From a virus (Duplodnaviria; Caudoviricetes), in IMG/VR virus record IMGVR_UViG_3300038336_000027, positions 1 to 29,066 of that record: a DNA stretch of 29,066 nucleotides; one strand, 5' to 3'. Every line of letters begins with the position of its first letter. Positions within the stretch are counted from its first letter, which is position 1. The notes below the pieces were generated by a model. It saw only the letters and a list, made by a program, of their open reading frames with translations. It had not been told where the DNA came from and did no database searches. Positions 15,500 to 25,069 of this stretch are shown piece after piece. The translations under genes and the position numbers were made by a program.

Positions 15500-17085
15500 T
15501 GGCGAAATTGCTGGACCAGTATGGACGGCCGGTGGAGCTGACACGGCTGCGCCAGGTGCAGGCGGAGCCGACACTGTCGGGCGTGCGCAGTATCCTGTCG
15601 GGACACCCGGCGCAGGGGTTGACGCCCGCGCGCCTGACGCGGCTTTTGCACATGGCAGAGCAGGGCGATGCGACGGCTTATCTGGAACTGGCCGAAGAGA
15701 TGGAGGAGAAGGACCTTCACTACCTGTCGGTGCTGGGCACCCGCAAGCGCGCCGTGGCGCAGCTGGAGATCAACGTCGAGAGCGCCTCGGACGATCCGCG
15801 TGATGTGGAGAATGCCGACCTGATCCGCGACTGGCTGGGCCGCGAGGAGCTGGAAGACGAGATGTTCGATATTCTCGACGCGATCGGCAAGGGCTTCTCG
15901 GTCACCGAGATCATCTGGGACATGTCCGAGCGCCAGTGGTGGCCTTCCCGGCTGAAGCGGCGCGACCAGCGCTGGTTCGAGTTTGACCGTGACAATGGCG
16001 AGACCCTCTATCTTAAGGGCCTGTCGGGCACCGAGGACCTGTGGCCCTTTAAATATGTCACCCATTTCGCCGCCGCCAAGTCCGGCCTGCCGATCCGGGG
16101 CGGGTTGGCGCGCGCCGCCGCCTGGGCCTACCTGTTCAAGAACTATGACCTGAAGGACTGGATCACCTATATCGAGGTCCATGGCCAGCCGCTGCGCGTG
16201 GGCAAGTACCACACCGGCGCGACCGAGGCCGACAAGGAGGTGCTGCTGCGCGCGGTCGCCAACATCGGTTCGGACGCGGCGGCGATCATCCCGTCCAACA
16301 TGATGATCGAGTTCGTCGAGGCGGCCAAGTCCGGCGGCGGCACCGGCACCGACATCTACGAGAAGCTCGCCAACTGGCTCGACAAGCAGATCTCCAAGGC
16401 GGTGCTGGGCCAGACGCTGACCACCGAGGTCTCGGGCGGATCGCTGGCGGCTGCGCGCGTGCATGACGATGTGCGCCGCGACATCATGCGCGCCGATGCC
16501 CGCCAGCTGGCCAGCGCGCTCAACCGCGACATCGTGCGCCCGCTGATCGACCTGAACCGAGGTCCACAAAAGCGCTACCCCCGGATCTCGATCGGGCTGC
16601 CGGTCTCGATCGACAGCAAGCAGTTTGCCGAGGCCCTGGGCGCGCTGATCGATCGCGGCCTGAAGGTCGAGCAGAGCGTGGTGCGCGACCGCATGGGCCT
16701 GCCTGACCCTGACGAGACGGGCGACCTGTTGCGCCCGATGGGTGCGCCCGATGCCGCGCCGCCGCCACCACCACCCGCCGCGCCACCACCGCCCGCGCTG
16801 CAGGCGCAGGGCCGCGCGCCGGGCTGCAGCTGTCATGCGGCAGAGCCTGACGCGCTGGACGCGCTGGCAGATGATCTGGCGGGCGAGTGGCAGGAGGCGG
16901 TCGATCCGATGCTGGATCCGGTGAAGCGCCTGCTGGGCGAGGCGGGCAGCCTGGAAGAGTTCCGCGACCGCCTGGCCGCGCTGATCGGGGAGATGGACAC
17001 CGCCGCCTTCGAGGAGCTGCTGGTGCGGGGCACATTCAGCGCGCGCCTTGCCGGACGGCTGGAGGCTGACCTTGGCCGGGACTGA
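15499..17085 (+). CDS. Portal protein (Mu gp29/DUF935)
   Basis: LTPARL, EEMEEKDLH, GQPLRVGKY, ISKAVLGQTLT. Confidence 0.95.
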   Translation: MAKLLDQYGRPVELTRLRQVQAEPTLSGVRSILSGHPAQGLTPARLTRLLHMAEQGDATAYLELAEEMEEKDLHYLSVLGTRKRAVAQLEINVESASDDPRDVENADLIRDWLGREELEDEMFDILDAIGKGFSVTEIIWDMSERQWWPSRLKRRDQRWFEFDRDNGETLYLKGLSGTEDLWPFKYVTHFAAAKSGLPIRGGLARAAAWAYLFKNYDLKDWITYIEVHGQPLRVGKYHTGATEADKEVLLRAVANIGSDAAAIIPSNMMIEFVEAAKSGGGTGTDIYEKLANWLDKQISKAVLGQTLTTEVSGGSLAAARVHDDVRRDIMRADARQLASALNRDIVRPLIDLNRGPQKRYPRISIGLPVSIDSKQFAEALGALIDRGLKVEQSVVRDRMGLPDPDETGDLLRPMGAPDAAPPPPPPAAPPPPALQAQGRAPGCSCHAAEPDALDALADDLAGEWQEAVDPMLDPVKRLLGEAGSLEEFRDRLAALIGEMDTAAFEELLVRGTFSARLAGRLEADLGRD

Positions 17086-18172
17086 TCCTTTCGGGCTGCC
17101 CCCGCGCGAGGCGGTCGAGGCGTTCGAGCGCAAGGGGATGCGGGTCTCTTTCGACTGGCGGGATATGGAGCGAGAGGAGCATTCGCGCGACTTTACCGTC
17201 GCCAAGGTTGCCAGCCTCGATCTGCTGAGCGATATCCGCACGGCGGTCGATGCCGCGATCTCCGAGGGGATTACCCTGCGCGAGTTCGAGCGCCGCCTGA
17301 CGCCGACCCTGCAGGAGCGCGGCTGGTGGGGGCGGCAGTCGATGACCGATCCGCTGACCGGCGAGACCCGCGAGGTCCAGCTGGGCTCACCCCGCCGCCT
17401 GCGCATCATCTATGACACCAACCTGCGCATGGCCTATGCCGCCGGGCGCTGGGAGCGCATCGAAGAGGTGGCTGAGCGACGGCCCTGGCTGCGCTATGTG
17501 GCTGTTCTCGATGACCGCACGCGCGATCAGCACCGGCGCTGGCATGACACGGTGCTGCGCTGGGATGATCCCTGGTGGGACCAGCATGCGCCCCCGAACG
17601 GCTGGAACTGCCGCTGCACGGTCCAGCAGCTCTCTGACCGCGACATCGCCCGGCGCGGCCTTGTGCCCTCGGATCCGCCATCCGCGCCCGCGCGCGCCTG
17701 GGTGAACCGGCGCACCGGCGAGACGCGACAGGTGCCCGGCGGTGTAGATCCGGGGTTCGATTACAATGTCGGGCGCGCCAACATGGATCATCTGCGCGCG
17801 ACCGCCACCGCGCGTCTGGACGGGGCGGCCCCCGACATGGCACGCGAGGCCATTGCCAGCCTGACCCGAGGCCCCGCCTTCGAGAGCTTCCTGCGCTCGC
17901 CTGGTGCGGGGCGCGCCGGGTTTCCCGTGGCGACCGGCGGCCAGCGTCTGGGCGGCAGGCTTGAGACCGTGACCCTGCCACCCGAGACCGCACGCCGCCT
18001 GGGCGAAGGCGTGGCGGCCGCAGACTGGCGGCGCGTCCAGGCGGCGATCGACACCGGCACGGCAACCACCGAGGAGCGGGCGATCACGATCGAGGGTGTG
18101 GGCTATGTCCTGCGCGTCGAGAATGTCGAGGGGCGGATCGTGGTGCGCGACATGCGCCCGGCGCGCCCATGA
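17072..18172 (+). CDS. Head morphogenesis protein MuF (gp30) with C-terminal extension
   Basis: GGAGG + TTG start; FTVAK, RLRIIYDTN, DDRTR..H...H, PPNGWNCRC, DPGFDYNVG. Confidence 0.92.
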   Translation: MAGTDPFGLPPREAVEAFERKGMRVSFDWRDMEREEHSRDFTVAKVASLDLLSDIRTAVDAAISEGITLREFERRLTPTLQERGWWGRQSMTDPLTGETREVQLGSPRRLRIIYDTNLRMAYAAGRWERIEEVAERRPWLRYVAVLDDRTRDQHRRWHDTVLRWDDPWWDQHAPPNGWNCRCTVQQLSDRDIARRGLVPSDPPSAPARAWVNRRTGETRQVPGGVDPGFDYNVGRANMDHLRATATARLDGAAPDMAREAIASLTRGPAFESFLRSPGAGRAGFPVATGGQRLGGRLETVTLPPETARRLGEGVAAADWRRVQAAIDTGTATTEERAITIEGVGYVLRVENVEGRIVVRDMRPARP

Positions 18173-18263
18173 CCGGCCATTTTGCCCTGCCATCCGAAAG
18201 ACGCGCTGAGCGGCCCGTGGAGCGCCCTCCTGCCTGTTTGGCACCCGCAGGCCGTCCGAAGTT

Positions 18264-18290
18264 CTTAAACGCCCCTGAAATGCGTTTAAG
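18264..18290. repeat. AT-rich inverted repeat in the F-I intergenic region
   Basis: CTTAAACGC-N9-GCGTTTAAG, perfect 9-bp arms. Confidence 0.7.
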
Positions 18291-18366
18291 GGGGGTCTGT
18301 GACGCTGTCCTGTGTCATGATGGGGAGCGACCCGGCGCGCGCGCCTGAAGTGGTCGCGATTGCGGG

Positions 18367-18382
18367 GGACACCTGTCCGGGT
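18367..18382 (+). promoter_or_regulatory. Late-promoter activator site 2
   Basis: GGACA-CC-TGTCC-GGGT upstream of the protease gene. Confidence 0.72.
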
Positions 18383-18466
18383 GTGAGCGCCGCCCCACAT
18401 CCTTAAAGCTTGCCCAAGAACGCACGGCAATCAAGCCGTCTGTTTGCGAAAAGGCAAGAAACACCG

Positions 18467-19522
18467 ATGACGCTGCTGATGGCAACCCATGCCGCCCCGA
18501 TCACCGGGGATGCTGCCGGGCAGGCCCCGGAATGGGTTCACCTGATCCCCGCCGGGGCCTTCGCCGGTCGCGATGGTCGCGGGCCTTATGTCCTGAAGGA
18601 TGCCGAGGCCGTGGTTGCGGCATCGATCCGGCAGGGCCTTGATGCGGTCATCGACTACGATCACCAGACCGATCTGTCGGCCGTCAAGGATGTGGGGGGC
18701 ACCGCGCCCGCCGCCGGATGGATCACCGCCCTTGAGGCGCGCGCGGACGGCATCTGGGGGCGCGTCGAATGGACCGGCAAGGGCGCGGCCGCCGTGGCTG
18801 CGCGCGAGTACCGCTACATCTCGCCGGTCTTCCTTCACACCCGCAAGGGCGAGGTCAAGGCCGTGCTGCGCGCGGGTCTCACCAACAATCCCAACCTTCA
18901 TCTGACGGCGCTTGCCGCTCAGGAAACCAAGCTCCAGTCCGAAGGAGATGACATGGAAGAGCTTCTTGCAGAACTGGCGGCCGCCCTTGGCCTGCCAGAA
19001 GACAGCGACCGCGCGAGCGTCGTGTCGGGCGTGACCGCGCTGACCACCAGCGCCAATGCCTCGACCTCGGCCATCGCGCTGATGGCGCAGGCCGCAGGCG
19101 TCGAGGCTGCCCCGGATCCGACCGAGACCGCCACGGCGGTTCAGGCTGCGTTCACGGCCGCCAAGGCCAGCGGCAATCCCGACCCCAACAAGTTCGCCCC
19201 GATCGAAGTGGTCACCAGCCTGCAATCGCAGGTCAAGACCCTGATGGACGAGCGCGCCACCGGGGTGGTCGACCAGGCGATCAAGAGCGGCAAGGTGCCG
19301 CCCGCGAACCGCGACTGGGCGGTCTCGTATCATGCCAAGGACCCGCAGGGCTTTGCGAAGTTCCTTGAGGGCCAGCCCGCGATCCTGATGCCCGGCGCAA
19401 AGCCCGGCAGCAAGGTCGAGACCGGCGACGGCGTGCTCGATGCCGACGACATGGCGGTCTGTTCCGCGATGGGCCTGACCCCTGAAGAGTTCACCGCCAT
19501 GCGCAAGAAGGAGGCTGTCTGA
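18467..19522 (+). CDS. Head maturation protease (Mu gpI/gp32)
   Basis: LIPAG.F.GRDGR, IDYDHQT, APAAGWI, VEWT, EYRYISPVF, GLTNNP. Confidence 0.95.
   Translation: MTLLMATHAAPITGDAAGQAPEWVHLIPAGAFAGRDGRGPYVLKDAEAVVAASIRQGLDAVIDYDHQTDLSAVKDVGGTAPAAGWITALEARADGIWGRVEWTGKGAAAVAAREYRYISPVFLHTRKGEVKAVLRAGLTNNPNLHLTALAAQETKLQSEGDDMEELLAELAAALGLPEDSDRASVVSGVTALTTSANASTSAIALMAQAAGVEAAPDPTETATAVQAAFTAAKASGNPDPNKFAPIEVVTSLQSQVKTLMDERATGVVDQAIKSGKVPPANRDWAVSYHAKDPQGFAKFLEGQPAILMPGAKPGSKVETGDGVLDADDMAVCSAMGLTPEEFTAMRKKEAV
18953..19522 (+). CDS. Scaffold protein Z (in-frame internal start in I)
   Basis: AAGGAG at 18942-18947 before an in-frame ATG; Ala-rich helical product; same arrangement as Mu I/Z. Confidence 0.75.
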   Translation: MEELLAELAAALGLPEDSDRASVVSGVTALTTSANASTSAIALMAQAAGVEAAPDPTETATAVQAAFTAAKASGNPDPNKFAPIEVVTSLQSQVKTLMDERATGVVDQAIKSGKVPPANRDWAVSYHAKDPQGFAKFLEGQPAILMPGAKPGSKVETGDGVLDADDMAVCSAMGLTPEEFTAMRKKEAV

Positions 19523-19929
19523 TGGCCGCGCTGACCAAGGATCGCAACACGCCCGAACGCTCGGGCAAGGATTTCCAGTTCCCGGTGGCCGCCGCGACCC
19601 GCATCTTCGCGGGCTCGCTGGTGGTGCTCGATGCCGGGGTGGCCAAGCCGGGCGCGGTTGCGACCGGGCTGGTCGCGGTGGGCCGGGCCGATGCCCAGGC
19701 CGACAACAGGCTGGGCGGTGCGGGCGACATGATGGTGCAGGTGCGCACCGGCGTCTTCCGCTTCGCCAATTCGGCAGCGGGCGACGAGATCGCCCTGGGC
19801 GATGTCGGGGGCGATGCCTGGATCGTCGATGACCAGACGGTCGCCAAGACCAATGGCACGGCTACGCGCTCGAAAGCCGGGCGCATCGTGGACGTCGATG
19901 CGCACGGCGTCTGGGTTTCGATCGGCTAA
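19522..19929 (+). CDS. Capsid decoration/cement protein
   Basis: Small Gly/Ala/Val-rich protein between I and the major capsid gene; ALTKDRNTP...DDQTVAKT...GVWV. Confidence 0.75.
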   Translation: MAALTKDRNTPERSGKDFQFPVAAATRIFAGSLVVLDAGVAKPGAVATGLVAVGRADAQADNRLGGAGDMMVQVRTGVFRFANSAAGDEIALGDVGGDAWIVDDQTVAKTNGTATRSKAGRIVDVDAHGVWVSIG

Positions 19930-19940
19930 GGAGGCCACAC

Positions 19941-20831
19941 ATGATCATCAATCAGGCCAATCTCGGCCGTCTGTTCACCGGCTACAGCGCCGCCTTCCAG
20001 CGCGGCCTCGGCCAGGCCGATCCGCAATGGCAGCGGCTGGCCACCCGCGTGCCATCCACCACCCGCGAAGAAAAGTACGCCTGGCTTGGCCAGACGCCGA
20101 ACCTGCGCGAATGGATCGGGGACCGCGTCATCAAGTCGATCGAGGCGCATGACTACTCGATCAAGAACAAGTCGTGGGAAAGCACGATCGAGGTCGGCCG
20201 CGACGATATCGAGGACGATACCTTCGGCGTCTACTCGCCGCTGTTTGAGGAGATGGGCCGTTCGACGGCGGCGCATCCCAACCAGCTGGTCTTCAACCTG
20301 CTGTCCCAGGGCTTCGCCACCAACTGCTATGACGGGCAGTATTTCTTCGACACCGATCACCCGGTGCTGGATGAAGACGGCAAGACTGTCTCGGTGTCCA
20401 ACACCGGCGGCGGCTCGGGCGATGCCTGGTTCCTGATCGACGACAGCCGCGCGCTCAAGCCGATCCTCTACCAGGTGCGCAAGGACTACAACTTCGTGCG
20501 CCAGGACAAGGAGGAAGACGAGAACGTCTTCATGCGCAAGTCCTTCCGCTACGGGGTCGACGGGCGCTCGAACGTGGGCTTCGGCTTCTGGCAGTTCGCC
20601 TATGGCAGCAAGCAGGCGCTGGACAAGTCCAGCTACAAGGCCGCGCGCACCGGGCTGATGGGCATGAAGGGCGACTACGGCCGCCCGCTGGGCCTGCGCC
20701 CTCGCCTGCTGGTGGTGCCGCCTTCGCTGGAAGAGGCGGGGCTGGAGCTGCTGAACGCCGAGCGCGATGCGGCCGGGGCCACCAACGTCTACCGGGGCAC
20801 CGCCGAGCTGCTCGTCTGTGAATGGCTGTAA
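19941..20831 (+). CDS. Major capsid protein (Mu gpT)
   Basis: YAWLG..P.LREWIGDR, CYDGQYFFDTDHPV, GFGFWQFAY. Confidence 0.96.
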   Translation: MIINQANLGRLFTGYSAAFQRGLGQADPQWQRLATRVPSTTREEKYAWLGQTPNLREWIGDRVIKSIEAHDYSIKNKSWESTIEVGRDDIEDDTFGVYSPLFEEMGRSTAAHPNQLVFNLLSQGFATNCYDGQYFFDTDHPVLDEDGKTVSVSNTGGGSGDAWFLIDDSRALKPILYQVRKDYNFVRQDKEEDENVFMRKSFRYGVDGRSNVGFGFWQFAYGSKQALDKSSYKAARTGLMGMKGDYGRPLGLRPRLLVVPPSLEEAGLELLNAERDAAGATNVYRGTAELLVCEWL

Positions 20832-20842
20832 GGAGAAACACC

Positions 20843-21097
20843 ATGGCAAAAACCGCAGCCCTGCGCATCACTGCCCGCCGCGACGGCTTCCGTCGCGCCG
20901 GGATCGAGCACGGCGCTTCGCCCGTCGATCACCCGCTGGCCAGCCTGTCCAAGGCGCAGATCGCCCAGCTCAAGGCCGAGCCCGCCCTCGTGGTGGTCGA
21001 GGTCGAGATCGACGATCCCGATGCGGCCGAACCCGCCAAGCCCGCCGCCACGCGCGGCGGGACCAAGACCGAGACGAAGTCCGAACCGAAGGCTTGA
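20843..21097 (+). CDS. Mu gp35/HI1506-like small protein
   Basis: GFRRAG...LKAEP.LVV; AAGGAG RBS. Confidence 0.75.
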   Translation: MAKTAALRITARRDGFRRAGIEHGASPVDHPLASLSKAQIAQLKAEPALVVVEVEIDDPDAAEPAKPAATRGGTKTETKSEPKA

Positions 21098-21103
21098 TGA
21101 CCC

Positions 21104-21532
21104 ATGGCTTACGCCACATCCCAGGACATGATCGACCGCTTCTCCGAGCAACAGCTCGTGGAGGTCACCGACCCCGAGATCGTCACGATCAAGGTGGCGG
21201 CGCTCGATCGCGCCCTGGAGGATGCCTCGGACGAGATCGACGGCTACCTGGAGGGGCGCTACCGGCTGCCCCTCCAGTCACCGCCGCGCTCGCTGCGCAT
21301 CCTGGCCTGCAACATCGCGATGTACCGGCTGCTCTCGCTGCGCCAGATCGACGTGATGGAAGACCAGCGCCAGCGCTATGACGACGCGGTGAAATACCTG
21401 CGCGCCGTGGCCAATGGCGATATCAATCTGGGACTGACCCTGGCAGGCCAGACGGTCGACCCGGCGGGCGGCCCGACCCTTGTCGCGGGACCGGAGCGGA
21501 CGTTCAGCCGCGACCGGCTGAAAGGCTTCTGA
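21104..21532 (+). CDS. Head-tail connector (Mu gp36/DUF1320)
   Basis: MAYAT..DM..RF, DAS.EIDGYL.GRY.LP, RY..A..YL..VA.G. Confidence 0.92.
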   Translation: MAYATSQDMIDRFSEQQLVEVTDPEIVTIKVAALDRALEDASDEIDGYLEGRYRLPLQSPPRSLRILACNIAMYRLLSLRQIDVMEDQRQRYDDAVKYLRAVANGDINLGLTLAGQTVDPAGGPTLVAGPERTFSRDRLKGF

Positions 21533-21990
21533 TGTCGGGCGTCAGTGTATCCATCCGTATCGAGGACGAGGGGTTCCGCGAGGCGCTCACGCGCCTGCTG
21601 GCGCGCAGCGCGACCCTGCAGCCTGTCTTTGCCGAGATCGGCTCGGCGCTGCAGGCTGCCACCGAGGACCGCTTTGAGGCCGAGACCGGCCCGGACGGGC
21701 AGGCCTGGGCCGCGCATTCGCCGGTCACGTTGCTCAGGCGCGGGGCCAGCGCCAAGAAGCTGCGCCACCGCAATCACCTCTACCAGTCGCTGAGCTATGC
21801 CGCCGGGCGGCTGCAGGTGGCGGTGGGCACGAACCGCACCTATGCGCGCATCCACCAGCTGGGTGGCAAGGCCGGGCGCGGGCGCAAGGTCACGATCCCG
21901 GCGCGGCCCTATCTGGGCGTGAATGCCGATGACCGGCGCATGATCGGGGAAATCCTGACAGACCACCTGGCCGAAGGGATGCGCCCATGA
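21532..21990 (+). CDS. Virion morphogenesis protein (Mu gpG / P2 S-like)
   Basis: RFE.ETGPDG..W, VGTNR.YARIHQLGG, IPARPYLG. Confidence 0.93.
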   Translation: MSGVSVSIRIEDEGFREALTRLLARSATLQPVFAEIGSALQAATEDRFEAETGPDGQAWAAHSPVTLLRRGASAKKLRHRNHLYQSLSYAAGRLQVAVGTNRTYARIHQLGGKAGRGRKVTIPARPYLGVNADDRRMIGEILTDHLAEGMRP

Positions 21991-22475
21991 TCCGTGAAAT
22001 CGAAGAGGCAATCGTCGCCCGGCTGGCCGGGTCGCTCGACAAGCTGCATGTGGCGTCCTTCCCCGACAAGCCCGACGCCTTCAAGATGTCGCACCCCAAC
22101 GGTGCGGTCCTGGTGGCCTATGGCCGCGAGGTCTACTCGAAGCCGCGCGACCTGTCGCTGGTGGTCCAGGAGCGCAAGATCGAGTGGGACATCTCGATCC
22201 TGACGCGCAACCTGCGCACCCATGTCGGGGCCTATGACGTGCTCGACGCAGTGCGCATGGTGCTGACCGGCTGGCGCACCGAGGGGTGCTCCAAGCTGAT
22301 GCCGGTGCGCGCCGAGTTCATCGATCAGAACCAGGGCGTGTGGACCCACGTGCTGACCATGACGCACACGATCACCACGGTCGAGTGCCATGAGGAAGAA
22401 GACCTGCCTGCGCTCAAGCGGGTCAACACCGCCGACGATTACGGCACCACCGATACGGAGACCATCAATGGCTAA
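21987..22475 (+). CDS. Tail terminator, Mu gp37-like
   Basis: IEEAIVARL, FPDKP, HPNGAVLVAY, GAY..LD.VR..L.GW. Confidence 0.8.
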   Translation: MIREIEEAIVARLAGSLDKLHVASFPDKPDAFKMSHPNGAVLVAYGREVYSKPRDLSLVVQERKIEWDISILTRNLRTHVGAYDVLDAVRMVLTGWRTEGCSKLMPVRAEFIDQNQGVWTHVLTMTHTITTVECHEEEDLPALKRVNTADDYGTTDTETING

Positions 22476-22728
22476 GTACCTTTACAGCGGGCCGATGTCC
22501 GCTGCCACGCTGGATGACGGCACCGACGTGATCCTGTTCCCCGGACGGGAGGTCACGCTTCCGGCCGAGAACGCCTGGGTGAAAACCCTCGTGGCCCAGA
22601 AGCACCTGACGCCGGTCGCAGCCCCCAAGGCCGCGCCCGCGCCCAGCCGCGCACCGGCATCCGCCACCACCACCAAGACGAAAACCGAAAGCCCAGGCCC
22701 TGCCTCGGGCGAGAAGGAGGGAAAGTAA
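22468..22728 (+). CDS. Small tail-associated hypothetical protein
   Basis: GGAG RBS; YLYSGPMSAATL...LFPG..V.LP; directly precedes the sheath gene. Confidence 0.75.
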   Translation: MAKYLYSGPMSAATLDDGTDVILFPGREVTLPAENAWVKTLVAQKHLTPVAAPKAAPAPSRAPASATTTKTKTESPGPASGEKEGK

Positions 22729-24177
22729 ATGGCCGCCAATTTCCTGCACGGCGTCGAGACCATCGAGATCAACAAGGGGCCGCGCCCGATCCGGGGGGTG
22801 AAGACCGCCGTGGTCGGCCTTGTCGGCACCGCGCCGGTCTTCGAGGTCGACGGCTCTCTCGCCAGCGTCAACAAGCCGGTGCTGATCCAGTCCGACCGGG
22901 ACGCCGCCCGCTACTTCGGCACCCAGATCGAGGGCTACACCATCCCCCAGGCGCTCGACGCGATCTTCGACCAGGGCCGCGGCATCGTCGTGGTGGTCAA
23001 CGTGTTCGACCCCGAGACCCATGTCACCGCCCAGGCGGCGAAGGATGTGACCTTCGGCGCGGACGAGACGGCCGACCTTGGCCACAAGGGCGTGTTCGAC
23101 CTGGTCCTGACCGATGCGACCGCCACGACCACCTATGTCGCGGGCACCGATTACACGCTCGACCCGGCCACCGGCATCGTCACCCGCCTGACCGGCGGTG
23201 CGATCTCGGCCGCCGAGACGGTCAAGGCCGCCTATGACTTTGCCGATCCCGAGAAGGTGCTTCCCTCGGACATCATCGGCGCGGTCGATGTGTCGGGCAA
23301 CCGCACCGGCATGCAGGCATTCCTCGACTGCTATGCCGAGATGGGCTTCTGGCCGAAGATCCTGATCGCGCCGGTCTACGGCACGCTCACCTCGGTCACG
23401 GCCGAGCTTGACGTGATGGCGAGCAAGCTGCGCGCCATCGCCCTGGCCGACGCGCCGATCGGCACCACCATGGCCGAGGCGATTGCCGGGCGCGGGCCGA
23501 ACGGCTCGATCAACTTCAACACGTCGAGCGAGCGCATGGTGCTGTGCTATCCGCACCTGAAGGTCTACGACCTGGCGACCGACACCGAGCGGCTTGAGCC
23601 CTACAGCCAGCGGCTGGCAGGCGTGATCTGCGCGGTGGACAATGACGAGGGCTACTGGGTCAGCCCGTCGAACCACGACATCAAGGGGATCGTGGGCGTC
23701 GAGCGCCGCCTGTCGGCCATGATCAACGACCCGACCACGGATGTGAACCTGCTCAACGAGAACGGGATCGTCACGGTCTTCAACTCGTTCGGCTCGGGCC
23801 TGCGGGTCTGGGGCAACCGCTCGGCTGCCTGGCCTTCGGTGACCCACCCGAAGAACTTCATCCCGATCCGCCGCGTGGCCGACATGCTGCATGAAAGCGT
23901 CGAGCTGTCGATGCTGCAGTTCATCGACCGCCCGATCAACCAGGCGCTGATCGACGACATCCGCGAGAGCGTGAACAGCTTCATCCGCACCCTGATCGGG
24001 CGCGGGGCGCTGATCGACGGCAAGTGCAGCTACGATGTGTCCAAGAACGAGGCAACCCAGATCGCGGCGGGTCACCTGGTCTTCGACATCGAGTTCATGC
24101 CGCCGACCCCGGCCGAGCGGATCACGTTCGAGAGCTTCATCAACATCGAGCTGCTCAACCAGCTCGGCGGCCAGTGA
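22729..24177 (+). CDS. Contractile tail sheath (P2 FI-like)
   Basis: FLHGVETIE, TAVVGLVGTAP, GYWVSPSN, LRVWGNR, PAERITF. Confidence 0.96.
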   Translation: MAANFLHGVETIEINKGPRPIRGVKTAVVGLVGTAPVFEVDGSLASVNKPVLIQSDRDAARYFGTQIEGYTIPQALDAIFDQGRGIVVVVNVFDPETHVTAQAAKDVTFGADETADLGHKGVFDLVLTDATATTTYVAGTDYTLDPATGIVTRLTGGAISAAETVKAAYDFADPEKVLPSDIIGAVDVSGNRTGMQAFLDCYAEMGFWPKILIAPVYGTLTSVTAELDVMASKLRAIALADAPIGTTMAEAIAGRGPNGSINFNTSSERMVLCYPHLKVYDLATDTERLEPYSQRLAGVICAVDNDEGYWVSPSNHDIKGIVGVERRLSAMINDPTTDVNLLNENGIVTVFNSFGSGLRVWGNRSAAWPSVTHPKNFIPIRRVADMLHESVELSMLQFIDRPINQALIDDIRESVNSFIRTLIGRGALIDGKCSYDVSKNEATQIAAGHLVFDIEFMPPTPAERITFESFINIELLNQLGGQ

Positions 24178-24191
24178 GAGGGGCCTGAACC

Positions 24192-24716
24192 ATGAGCAAC
24201 AAGATTGCGATCAACCACCTGACCAACGTCAACCTCTATATGGACGGCCGCTCGCTGCTGGGGCGCGCCGAAGAGCTGGAGCTGCCGCAGGTCAAGCACA
24301 AGATGACCGAGCACAAGGCGCTCGGCATGGTCGGCACGGCCGAGTTCTTCTCGGGCGTCGAGAAGATGGAGTGCAAGATCAAGTGGGCCTCGTTCTATTC
24401 CGAGGTGCTGCGCGAGGCGGCAAACCCGTTCAAGACCGTGCGCCTTCAGGCGCGCTCCAGCCTGGAGACCTACACCGGGCAGGGCCGCACGGCCGAGGTG
24501 CCGGTGATGGTCTCGCTGATTGCCGCCTACAAGGACTTCCCGCTGGGGTCATTCAAGCAGCATGACCGCGTGGTGCCCGACACCAACCTGTCGGTCTACT
24601 ACGCCAAGATGGAAATCGACGGCGCGGAGATCTTCGAGTTCGACGTGCTGGAGAACATCTACAAGGTCGCGGGCGCGGATGTGCTGGCCACCTACCGCCT
24701 GAACATCGGCGGCTGA
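24192..24716 (+). CDS. Tail tube (P2 FII-like)
   Basis: N.Y.DG....G...E.ELP, YYAKMEIDG.EIFEFD. Confidence 0.92.
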   Translation: MSNKIAINHLTNVNLYMDGRSLLGRAEELELPQVKHKMTEHKALGMVGTAEFFSGVEKMECKIKWASFYSEVLREAANPFKTVRLQARSSLETYTGQGRTAEVPVMVSLIAAYKDFPLGSFKQHDRVVPDTNLSVYYAKMEIDGAEIFEFDVLENIYKVAGADVLATYRLNIGG

Positions 24717-24717
24717 C

Positions 24718-25059
24718 ATGCGCCGCAACTGGGACTGCATCCGCGCCATCCTGGAGGCCTCCGAGGCACTGGAGGATGGCGTGCTGCTGGCTCCCGGCAT
24801 TTTGCCGGGGTTCAGCGAAGACCAGGTGGTCGGGCATATCCGGCTTCTGGAAGAGGCCGGTCTGGTCGAGGGCTATCCCAAAGGCCCCGGCGCAATGTTC
24901 GTGCGTCGCCTGACCTGGAACGGGCACGAGTTCCTGTCGGTGCTGCGTTCAAAGACACTCTGGGCGCGCGTGAAAACCGAAGCGAAGGACCGGGGGCTTG
25001 CGCTCTCGTTCGATCTGGTCAGGGCGCTGGCCAGCAAATTCATCAACGATCTGATCTGA
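24718..25059 (+). CDS. DUF2513-family protein
   Basis: MRRNWDCIRAIL...HI.LL.EAGL...LTWNGHEFL..LRS..LW..VK. Confidence 0.85.
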   Translation: MRRNWDCIRAILEASEALEDGVLLAPGILPGFSEDQVVGHIRLLEEAGLVEGYPKGPGAMFVRRLTWNGHEFLSVLRSKTLWARVKTEAKDRGLALSFDLVRALASKFINDLI

Positions 25060-25069
25060 AGGAAAGACC

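Noticed and set aside
16753-16800. CCG/CCA-rich repeat in the portal gene
   Set aside because: Encodes an ordinary Pro/Ala linker near the portal C-terminus.
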